Below are positions 1 through 8,234 of a stretch of 64,000 nucleotides of DNA, in pieces; the first letter of the stretch is position 1; each line of letters begins with the position of its first letter. Position numbers and translations under genes: made by a program. Under the pieces are notes generated by a model, which did not search any database, was not told the DNA's origin, and was given only the letters and a program-made list of their open reading frames with translations. This stretch comes from a bacterium (lineage in GTDB: Bacteria; Zhuqueibacterota; Zhuqueibacteria; Residuimicrobiales; Krinioviventaceae): contig CAXXMD010000003.1 in assembly GCA_963675755.2 (NCBI GenBank), positions 3,200,001 through 3,264,000 on the forward strand. Direction: 5' to 3'.

Positions 1-98
1 AGCTGGGTCTGTATAAATTTAACAATTTGATTAATAGATTTTTTCCCTGATTTATAATGCAAAAATAGGAAATAATATTCTAATAAAACAGTGAATTC

Positions 99-127
99 TT
101 GCTTATTGTAATTGATTTTCATACAAT
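99..127 (+). promoter_or_regulatory. Putative sigma70-type promoter of cydAB, overlapped by an inverted repeat
   Basis: TTGCTT (99-104), 17 bp spacer, TACAAT (122-127). The imperfect inverted repeat tgcttattgta...tacaatagca spans 100-131. RBS-like AGGAG lies just before ATG 178. Confidence 0.5.
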
Positions 128-177
128 AGCAATTGCAGAAAATTCATTAAATTTCACATAAATTACAGGAGTGATGT

Positions 178-1530
178 ATGGATGCGCTATATCTTTCTCG
201 ATTACAGTTTGCGCTAACAATTGCGTTCCATTATCTGTTTCCTCCCATTTCTATCGGTCTGGGTTTATTACTGGTATTCATGGAGGGGATGTATTTAAAA
301 ACCAAAAATCAGTTGTATCACCGGATGACCCGCTTTTGGGTTAAGGTTTTCGGACTTGTGTTCGCACTGGGTGTTGCATCTGGTATTGTGATGGAGTTCC
401 AGTTTGGTACAAACTGGTCTACCTATTCACGCTTTGTGGGTGATGTCTTTGGCAGTGCGCTTGCTGCTGAAGGTATTTTCGCTTTTTTCCTGGAATCCGG
501 GTTCCTCGCAGTTTTGTTATTCGGCTGGAATAAGGTTAAACCCAGAACTCATTTCTTTTCAACAATTATGGTGGCGTTTGGTGCGCATTTCAGTGCCGTT
601 TGGATTGTTGTTGCAAATTCATGGCAGCAAACTCCGGCGGGTTATCATATTGTAGAAACTGCTAATGGTGCACGCGCTGAAATTGTAGACTTTTGGGCCA
701 TGCTTTTTAATCCATCAACCGTTGACAGATTGAGTCATACACTTATGGGAGCATGGCAGGCCGGTGCGTTCTTTGTGATCAGTGTAAGTGCATGGTATTT
801 AATTAAAAACAAACATGTTGATTTTGCCAAGGCAGGACTTAAAATAGCTCTTATTTTTGCAGCAGCAGCATCCATGCTGCAATTGGTTACAGGACATTCA
901 AGTGCTGTTACCGTATCTGAAACACAGCCAGCCAAGCTTGCTGCAATGGAAGCTCATTTTGATGAAATGGCACCTGCAGATCTCTATCTTTTTGGTTGGG
1001 TGAATTCAGATAATCAACGAGTTAATTTTGGTGTTCGCATACCGGGTATGCTCAGTTTTCTGGTTTACGGTGATTCAAACAAACCATTAAAAGGTTTAAA
1101 TGCATTCCCTGAGGATGAACATCCGCCTGTAAATGTGGTGTTTCAAGCATACCATATTATGGTAGCAGTGGGTATGTTTCTCATCCTGATCTCCTGGTTG
1201 GGATTGGTATTATTATGGAAAGATAAAGTCTATAAAACCAGATGGTTGTTATGGGTGTATGTTTTTTCAGTATTGGGCCCTCAAATTGCCAATCAACTTG
1301 GGTGGATAACTGCTGAAGTTGGCAGACAACCCTGGATTGTTTATGGTTTATTGAAAACCAAGGATGCTTATTCTCCGGTTGTTAGTGGCGGACAGGTTTT
1401 AACATCAATTATTCTTTTCGGATTTATTTATCTATTATTGTTTGCCTTGTTTGTCTATTTGCTGAATGAAAAAATCAAAAACGGACCGGAGCTTGAGGAG
1501 AAAACCATAGAGGAGGGACATTTGGCATGA
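178..1530 (+). CDS. cydA: Cytochrome bd ubiquinol oxidase subunit I (short Q-loop type)
   Basis: [16 protein letters not shown] heme His, [19 protein letters not shown]-loop, and EVGRQPW motifs; 450 aa. Confidence 0.97.
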   Translation: MDALYLSRLQFALTIAFHYLFPPISIGLGLLLVFMEGMYLKTKNQLYHRMTRFWVKVFGLVFALGVASGIVMEFQFGTNWSTYSRFVGDVFGSALAAEGIFAFFLESGFLAVLLFGWNKVKPRTHFFSTIMVAFGAHFSAVWIVVANSWQQTPAGYHIVETANGARAEIVDFWAMLFNPSTVDRLSHTLMGAWQAGAFFVISVSAWYLIKNKHVDFAKAGLKIALIFAAAASMLQLVTGHSSAVTVSETQPAKLAAMEAHFDEMAPADLYLFGWVNSDNQRVNFGVRIPGMLSFLVYGDSNKPLKGLNAFPEDEHPPVNVVFQAYHIMVAVGMFLILISWLGLVLLWKDKVYKTRWLLWVYVFSVLGPQIANQLGWITAEVGRQPWIVYGLLKTKDAYSPVVSGGQVLTSIILFGFIYLLLFALFVYLLNEKIKNGPELEEKTIEEGHLA

Positions 1531-2555
1531 GTTTAGTATTTGATTTAAATACAATCTGGTTCTTCCTGGTGGGTATACTTTTAACCGGGTATGCAATTCT
1601 TGATGGATTTGATTTGGGAATTGGTGCATTGCACCTTTTTGCTGAAACTGATCATGATCGTAGAATAATGCTCAACTCTATTGGACCCATCTGGGATGGA
1701 AATGAAGTATGGCTGGTTACCGGGGGTGGTGCATTGTTTGCCGCTTTTCCCGAAGTTTATGCTACTGCATTTTCAGGCTTTTATATGGCCCTTATGTTAT
1801 TGTTATTTAGTCTCATATTCCGGGCTGTTGCTATAGACTTTCGCAGCAAGCAGTCTTCAAAAGTTTGGCGTAAAACCTGGGATATCAGTTTTACTATTAG
1901 TAGCATAGTTGCTTCGTTGCTTATTGGTACTGCACTTGGAAATGTAGCGTGGGGTGTGCCCTTGGACGCAAGTCACGAGTATGCCGGTTCTTTCTGGACG
2001 CTTTTGAATCCCTATTCTTTATTGGTAGGTGTTTTGGTTGTTGTATTGTTCATGATGCATGGTGCTCTTTATGGTATCCTCAAAACTGAAGGGGATTTGC
2101 AGAAAAAATTGGGTAAATTGTTCAGAACCAATTTTGTCTTGTTTGGCATTGGTTATATAGTTGTAACCATTGCAACATTATTGTTTGCTGATAATATTAC
2201 TGAACATTACAAATCAAGTCCTGCTTTGATGGTTTTTCCTGTTATTAATGTTTTATTGATTGTAAATGTTTGGTGGCAGCACCATAGAGGTAAAGACCTT
2301 GCAGCGTTCTTATCTTCTTGCTTTACGATACTGTTGCTTATGTTGATCTTTGGGTTGGGTATTTATCCGGATATGTTGTATTCTAATCCTGTTGCCGGTA
2401 ATACACTGGATATTTACAATGCCGCATCTTCACAAAAAACTTTAAAAATCATGCTGACAATCGCTTTGATCGGTATGCCCTTTGTGATTATGTATACTTC
2501 AACTATTTTTTGGATATTCAGAGGTAAGGTCAAGCTGGATTCTAGTAGTTATTAA
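1527..2555 (+). CDS. cydB: Cytochrome bd ubiquinol oxidase subunit II
   Basis: LDGFDLGIG and PIWDGNEVWL motifs; ATGA overlap with cydA. Confidence 0.97.
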   Translation: MSLVFDLNTIWFFLVGILLTGYAILDGFDLGIGALHLFAETDHDRRIMLNSIGPIWDGNEVWLVTGGGALFAAFPEVYATAFSGFYMALMLLLFSLIFRAVAIDFRSKQSSKVWRKTWDISFTISSIVASLLIGTALGNVAWGVPLDASHEYAGSFWTLLNPYSLLVGVLVVVLFMMHGALYGILKTEGDLQKKLGKLFRTNFVLFGIGYIVVTIATLLFADNITEHYKSSPALMVFPVINVLLIVNVWWQHHRGKDLAAFLSSCFTILLLMLIFGLGIYPDMLYSNPVAGNTLDIYNAASSQKTLKIMLTIALIGMPFVIMYTSTIFWIFRGKVKLDSSSY

Positions 2556-2559
2556 ATTC

Positions 2560-2590
2560 AAGCGCATCAGGTTTCTGGTGCGCTTTTTTT
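2560..2590 (+). terminator. Rho-independent terminator between convergent genes
   Basis: Stem-loop aagcgcatcag-gttt-ctggtgcgctt followed by a T-run, immediately after the cydB stop. Confidence 0.85.
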
Positions 2591-3851
2591 ATGCAATGCT
2601 GCTATTACCTGTTGTATCTATCTCTTGTTGACAATCCGGGCACAAACCCTGGCTGAACCGGGCTTTGGTATGACTAGCCATATAATTTTCAACTTCGTGC
2701 CAGTAGCCTTTATCATCCCGTATTTTTTTACAACTTGCACAAATAGGCAAAAGCCCGCTCAATTCTTTGACTTCATTAAGGGTTTTTGAAAGTTCATCAA
2801 CCAGTTTTTTCTGTTCTTTTTCAAGCTCTTTTTGTTCTGTGATATTGTTTAATATAACCAGTTGACCAAAATTCTGCTTTCCCTTCTTGTCGACCAAAGT
2901 AATTTTAATATCGTAAAATGTTGATTCGGGATTGTTATGTTCCAGTTCTGTTCTTATAGGGGTCTGTTTTTGGATCAATTCGAGTAACGCAGGCCACGCT
3001 GTTAAAACTGTATTGATATTTTTTCCCAAAAGATCATCAGTATAGTCAAGAATGTTATAGATAGCAGGATTTGCATCTACAATGCGGTCTTTGGAGTCAA
3101 TGACAAGCAAACCTTCTGCCATGGTATCAACCAGATTGTGACGTGCAATAGGTAAGAGTATAAAAATTTTAAATCTGTAAATGGTATAAAATAAAATTAC
3201 ACCGGATATCATCATGGTTAGTGGAGTTATATCAAGCCCAGGTAATGGATTCAGTTTAAAAACATAAATTATATTACCAATAAATGACATAAAAGAAGCA
3301 ACCAGAATTAAAATGGTTTGGCTTTTATATTTACCTTTAAACCGTTTGGTTGCAATTACAAGGTTGTAAATTCCCAGTGTAATGATTGTATATGTAAAAG
3401 CGATAAAAATCCAAAAAAACAATCCATAGGTGTAATAAACTCCCTTTGTTGATTCTACTATTTTCAGACTTTTCCAAATTAAATGATGGTAATTATTTGA
3501 TAAAACAAGTAAAAAAGTAATTAAAGGAATTGTAAAAATAAGGATATAAAAACGTCTATTATATTTTTTCGTTTTTTTATTATATTGCAAGGCAAACATG
3601 AAAAAGAATACCGCAGTAACACTGATACCAATATAAGAGATTTGTGACCACAATAATTTTAAATCCAAAGTTGTTGCCGCAATTTTAAAAGCATTACCAA
3701 AAGACCAAATAGTAACAGCAAATTCCATCAAGCCCAGGTATTTGATTTCAAGGTTTACACAACGACGGCATATTACTACTGCAACGAGTAAAGACAAGGC
3801 TGCACCAGCCAAATAGATGTTACTAAAAATTGTAAACTGGTAGTCTGGCAA
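2589..3851 (-). CDS. HisKA_7TM-type membrane sensor + PAS + coiled coil + C-terminal CxxC...CxxC module; no kinase domain
   Basis: About 7 hydrophobic segments; PAS segment MAEGLLVIDSKDRIVDANPA; ends LPICASCKKIRDDKGYW...FSQGLCPDC. Confidence 0.85.
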   Translation of the reverse strand: MPDYQFTIFSNIYLAGAALSLLVAVVICRRCVNLEIKYLGLMEFAVTIWSFGNAFKIAATTLDLKLLWSQISYIGISVTAVFFFMFALQYNKKTKKYNRRFYILIFTIPLITFLLVLSNNYHHLIWKSLKIVESTKGVYYTYGLFFWIFIAFTYTIITLGIYNLVIATKRFKGKYKSQTILILVASFMSFIGNIIYVFKLNPLPGLDITPLTMMISGVILFYTIYRFKIFILLPIARHNLVDTMAEGLLVIDSKDRIVDANPAIYNILDYTDDLLGKNINTVLTAWPALLELIQKQTPIRTELEHNNPESTFYDIKITLVDKKGKQNFGQLVILNNITEQKELEKEQKKLVDELSKTLNEVKELSGLLPICASCKKIRDDKGYWHEVENYMASHTKARFSQGLCPDCQQEIDTTGNSSIA

Positions 3852-3917
3852 TTATTAATCCTTTGAATTTATATGAATAACATCAAGTGCAATGTTGTAA
3901 ATACTAGTAAATGGTGA

Positions 3918-5177
3918 TCAGGTTTTCGGAAATTCCGGGTAAAGACGGTTTCTACACTCCGGGCAGATGCCATGAGTAAAGTGAGCGTCAGAATGATTCA
4001 TGACAAAAGCTTCAACCTGGTGCCAATAGCCTTTATCATCACGGATTTTTTTACACTTGCCGCAAATTGGCAATAATCCACTCAACTGTTTTACAGCATG
4101 AATAGCGTTTTGTAATTCGCTGATCAGTTTTTCCTGTTCCTTCGTAATGATAACTCTGGGTGTTATATCGTCCAGAATAACGAGTTTGCCAAAAGATACC
4201 TGGTCTCTTTGACGGATTTTATTAATTCTTACTTGATAGTATCTTTCATCACCATCTATATTTAAAGAAATGGTTTGATTGTTTGCATCTTTTTCGATAA
4301 TAGTTAAAAGCTCTGGTATTGATTTTAATTTTTCATTTATTTGATAGCCTATTAATTTTTTTTGAGGGATATTGAAAAGTTTGATCATAACAGGATTTAT
4401 ATCAACAATTCTATCCAAATCGTCCAACGCTAAAAGTCCGTTTTGCAATTCATCTACCAATTGATGTCTGGCTATGGGCACAAGGTCAAATAGCTTGTAT
4501 TTTGTAACCGAAATAAAAAAGATCAAACCCGTAAATATCATGCCTATGGGAGCAAAATCCAGATTGAGGGTTGGATTTATATTAAGGACGTACATTAAAT
4601 TGCCAATTACCGGTATAATTGTGGCAATTACCAAAGCAATAATTTGGTTTTTGTAAAATTGAGGGAATTTAAAAAAAGATTTAAAAACCAGTATATATGA
4701 TATGATAATCAAAATATAACTATACACAGCATTAATCCAATACAAAGGTCCATGATAGTATTTTGCAATATTATTCTGTGGATTAATTTCAATCATAGTC
4801 CAAAAAAGTGTGTAATTCTCTTTATAGAAAATATTGAACAAGGTAATCGTTGGAATGATCAAAAGTATTGCCACAGTTTTAATGTTTATAATATAATGTT
4901 TTTGGGTAAAGGCAAGTGCAAATAGAAAAAATAATAACGGTGATGTAACAATACCCAGATAGGAAAATTGAGACCAAAGTATTTTTTGTTCTATACCTGT
5001 TCCCGCAACCTCGAATCCAACACATACAGCCCAAAAGGCTACTGAAAACTCTAGTGCTGCTAAATATCGACTTTCCTGAATTTGTCTTTTTTTTAATAGA
5101 AGGCCAATTACAAAAAGAGCAAATGCAGCCGAATAAAAATAAATGTTGCTCAATATTGAAAAATTATAATGTTCCAT
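3918..5177 (-). CDS. Tandem paralog: 7TM sensor + PAS + C-terminal 4-Cys module
   Basis: Same architecture as 2589-3851; ends LPICGKCKKIRDDKGYW...FTHGICPEC. Confidence 0.85.
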   Translation of the reverse strand: MEHYNFSILSNIYFYSAAFALFVIGLLLKKRQIQESRYLAALEFSVAFWAVCVGFEVAGTGIEQKILWSQFSYLGIVTSPLLFFLFALAFTQKHYIINIKTVAILLIIPTITLFNIFYKENYTLFWTMIEINPQNNIAKYYHGPLYWINAVYSYILIIISYILVFKSFFKFPQFYKNQIIALVIATIIPVIGNLMYVLNINPTLNLDFAPIGMIFTGLIFFISVTKYKLFDLVPIARHQLVDELQNGLLALDDLDRIVDINPVMIKLFNIPQKKLIGYQINEKLKSIPELLTIIEKDANNQTISLNIDGDERYYQVRINKIRQRDQVSFGKLVILDDITPRVIITKEQEKLISELQNAIHAVKQLSGLLPICGKCKKIRDDKGYWHQVEAFVMNHSDAHFTHGICPECRNRLYPEFPKT

Positions 5178-5278
5178 ATAATTGAATCACATTAATAAGA
5201 AAAAGTATGAAATAACTTTTTGATTTTGCTGTATTTTGACCAATGTAATGAAAATGTTCTACTCTTTCAATACTTTTA

Positions 5279-5977
5279 TCAAAATCCGATAGAAATACCC
5301 AATTGTAAAGTTATGAGATCTGTTCTGCTTTTGATTGTATCAAAAATAACCTTGTTGCCATCTGTATGGTTGTATCCGGTTATGATATTGGTTTCTCCGC
5401 CATACAAATAGCGTAACCGTAGATCGAGCCACATATCTTTAAAGGCATTTTCATCATTTGATGATGCAAAATCATAAATATGATACATGAAACCGGCACC
5501 TGCTCCATAACAAAAAACCTGATCTTTTTCAGTTGTCTCAAAGGTTGAGCCATCTTCTACAATACCGTAAATGGGGCCGGTAACTCCTCCGGATTCATCA
5601 AAGAGATGTTGAAATCCCAGCATGGCATCAAAGTATGGGCGAAATGTTTCGTTTGATATCTGGGTGCGAAAAATTAAAAGACCGATTATAGTACCCTGTA
5701 TGGATTCAGCGGAAACTTTGCCGGTTGGTGTGTTAAATTCCGCATTATCAGGATCAAAAAAAAGCGCGCTTGCTTCAATACCTGCCCAAAAGGGGTTGTC
5801 GCCCAATGACATCAAAAATGATCCGTCAAACCCATAGCCAAAATCGTTTACATTCTCTTTAAACTCACCGTTTGTCAAGCCTATTACAGGATGAAAATTT
5901 AGATAAACATTTTGAGAAAAAGTAGTACCAGCACAAAACAGAATAAATAATAAATAGAGTTTTCGTTTCATATTCAC
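5279..5977 (-). CDS. Outer-membrane beta-barrel protein (probable start ATG 5971)
   Basis: Sec signal peptide, alternating amphipathic strands, C-terminal LQLGISIGF BamA-type signature. Confidence 0.7.
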   Translation of the reverse strand: MNMKRKLYLLFILFCAGTTFSQNVYLNFHPVIGLTNGEFKENVNDFGYGFDGSFLMSLGDNPFWAGIEASALFFDPDNAEFNTPTGKVSAESIQGTIIGLLIFRTQISNETFRPYFDAMLGFQHLFDESGGVTGPIYGIVEDGSTFETTEKDQVFCYGAGAGFMYHIYDFASSNDENAFKDMWLDLRLRYLYGGETNIITGYNHTDGNKVIFDTIKSRTDLITLQLGISIGF

Positions 5978-6201
5978 CTCAAAAAAGTTTGCTTGTATTA
6001 AAGACGTTTATTTTGGAAACGAGTTTCAAAGTGTCAATCTACTTGTTGTAAATGCAATTATTTTTTTCGTGTTTGTTAAAAGATTTCGAGCTTGATTACC
6101 GGGTACCCTAGTAGAATAACTGAAAAATTATAATGCGCATATTATATTTTGACTCAATTGGCCCTGATCTATTTGAATATTCATGATTCGTTCTTATAAT
6201 A

Positions 6202-7338
6202 TCAATAATTAAAAATGCTTTTATTCTCGAGATGAAATGGTGTTTTATGAAATTTATCACCATTGATTAAAAGTTCTACAGCGTGAACTCCTGAATAGAA
6301 CTTGCGTGTTGTAAGTGGCATGAATTTATGCTTTTTTACAATACTAATTCTTTCAAATGGTTTGATTTGTTTTTTTGAGATTTTAAATACTTTGGGAGCA
6401 GTTTTGCCATTCGCTTTAACAAAGTGCACTAGATAATCTATCATCAGGTTTTGTGTAGAATCATGTTTGGATTCAATTGTAAAGTTGAATGTCAATTCTT
6501 GTCCCATTCTAACATTTTGGGGTATCAGGTTTATTGGGCTAATTTCTATTTGTGGGGAAAGCGTGTATCCCAATAGTTCAAGAGCTTCTTTGTTGCCTTG
6601 TTTAACCAATGTCCTTGCAGCGTGGCTTGTAATCCATTGTGTGCCTTTGTTATTGATTTTTTTCCATTGCTTCAAAGTATCTACAACAATATGGGGATTG
6701 TCTTTGGCTATGTCATTCAGATTATTTGCAACGGATCTGCGAACATATAACTCCGGATCATCTTTTAAAAGCTCCAGTAATTCAATTACCGGCCGGGGAT
6801 CTTTTTGAAACATTTTTAACCTTCTTCCCAATGGCAAGCGCGGACGAGTTCCCTCTGACACTAACCGACGAACATGGCAGTTGGAATCTTGAGCCCAGGT
6901 TTTAAGAATATTTAATGTTTTTTCTGGTTCTAATTCTAAAAAATATCCCAGGTCTCCTTCGGCAGAAAATCGTTTTGTCATTTCAAATAATGCATTCATT
7001 GATAAATCATAATGTTCAAGACCATACTTGCTAACATAACGTGTTTGTGGAATGATAATAAATCCGTTGTACCCGCTCAAATCATTTTGTTCCAATTCTG
7101 GCTCCAAAGCGTTTAGTAAAATTTCAACAGCTTGAGGAAAAGATTTGGGTAAGAATTGATATAAAGACTCGGTTATTAATGCAGACCTTTCGCCATATTG
7201 CAAATCATCAAGCTTTGGCAATATCGAATCCAAGAATCCTTTTTCATCAAAAGATGAACAGGCATGTGACAAACGTTTTGCGAATTTTTTTATTATTTCC
7301 TGATTAAAAACATTTCTGAATTGAAATCCTGTTTCCAT
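6202..7338 (-). CDS. alkC: DNA alkylation repair glycosylase, AlkC-like (HEAT-like repeats + C-terminal Ig-like domain)
   Basis: TKRFSAE, HVRRLVSEGTRPRLP and YVRRSVANNLNDIAKD motifs; C-terminal IDYLVHFVKANG...KVFK...TTRKFYSGVH. Confidence 0.75.
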   Translation of the reverse strand: METGFQFRNVFNQEIIKKFAKRLSHACSSFDEKGFLDSILPKLDDLQYGERSALITESLYQFLPKSFPQAVEILLNALEPELEQNDLSGYNGFIIIPQTRYVSKYGLEHYDLSMNALFEMTKRFSAEGDLGYFLELEPEKTLNILKTWAQDSNCHVRRLVSEGTRPRLPLGRRLKMFQKDPRPVIELLELLKDDPELYVRRSVANNLNDIAKDNPHIVVDTLKQWKKINNKGTQWITSHAARTLVKQGNKEALELLGYTLSPQIEISPINLIPQNVRMGQELTFNFTIESKHDSTQNLMIDYLVHFVKANGKTAPKVFKISKKQIKPFERISIVKKHKFMPLTTRKFYSGVHAVELLINGDKFHKTPFHLENKSIFNY

Positions 7339-7587
7339 AATTATTATCCATTTTTGATTTTACAGTATTATTTGTACAATATTTGTGTCTGGAATCCGTT
7401 AAAAATTTACAAGAAAGTATTGATTAATTACAGGTTTTGTAGTAAATTAACAGAATTATTTACTCATAGGGATTTTCTTTTTGTATTTTCTGAATATAAG
7501 AAATATATTATGGAAAATGCAAAACCATTTCAATGAAATTGTACAGATTAGGTGTATTATTTGAAAATTACTTGCTTGATGAATATA

Positions 7588-7616
7588 TTGATTTTTAATA
7601 GTTTATTTATTATATT
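7588..7616 (+). promoter_or_regulatory. Candidate sigma70 promoter for the capsule operon
   Basis: TTGATT-N17-TATATT. Specificity is low in AT-rich DNA. Confidence 0.3.
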
Positions 7617-7698
7617 GGATGTTGTAATAAGAACCGGGAATTACCATCAAGCTAATACTGAATAGATAATCAAAGTTGGAATTGTAAAATAACAACAG

Positions 7699-8205
7699 GT
7701 GTTATTGAAAATGAAAAAGAATCTTGTTCTGGTTTTATTGTTTTTATTTGCGGTTACTGCAGCAGCACAAACTGGTATTCCATCATCTGCTGGAGCTGGT
7801 GCATCACAATATGTATTAGGCAATAGCGATGAAGTTTTAATGCCCGTTAATGTGTGGGGATTTGTTGGAAAGCCAGGTCAATATATGGTACCCTACAAGA
7901 CAGATTTGGTGTCACTTTTATCTTATGCAGGTGGTCCACTTGAAGAAGCAAAGATAAAAAGCATTCGCGTGGTTCGTAGTGGAAAAAACGGCGAGGAAGG
8001 TCAGGTCATTGAAGTGAATGTTAAGGACTTTATTGAAAAAGGAAGTAGTGATCTTATTCCGGTTTTGGAACCTGGTGATACAATTGTTGTTTCTGGTACT
8101 ACTTTTAATTTTGTAAGAAACAGTTTGCAATTTGTAGTCCAGGTTGCAGCGCTTGCTCAGATTTATGCTATTATAGAGTATTATACTGCAAGAGCCAATG
8201 ATTAA
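7699..8205 (+). CDS. SLBB-domain polysaccharide export protein (minimal Wza/OPX-like); likely start ATG 7711
   Basis: Signal peptide; SLBB motif VNVWGFVGKPGQY...LLSYAGG...LEPGDTIVV; C-terminal amphipathic helix; lies directly before wzc. Confidence 0.8.
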   Translation: MLLKMKKNLVLVLLFLFAVTAAAQTGIPSSAGAGASQYVLGNSDEVLMPVNVWGFVGKPGQYMVPYKTDLVSLLSYAGGPLEEAKIKSIRVVRSGKNGEEGQVIEVNVKDFIEKGSSDLIPVLEPGDTIVVSGTTFNFVRNSLQFVVQVAALAQIYAIIEYYTARAND

Positions 8206-8234
8206 TAGTAATTGAAACTTTTGGGAAAACAAGA

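Noticed and set aside
112-160. FNR box (TTGAT-N4-ATACA) or Rex half-site (TTCACAT) upstream of cydA
   Set aside because: Only one half-site matches in each case; expected by chance in AT-rich DNA.
7339-7698. ops/JUMPstart antitermination element or riboswitch ahead of the capsule operon; also the 71-aa ORF 7321-7536
   Set aside because: No GGCGGTAG-like element or stable structure is visible. The ORF overlaps the divergent alkC start and has no coding features.
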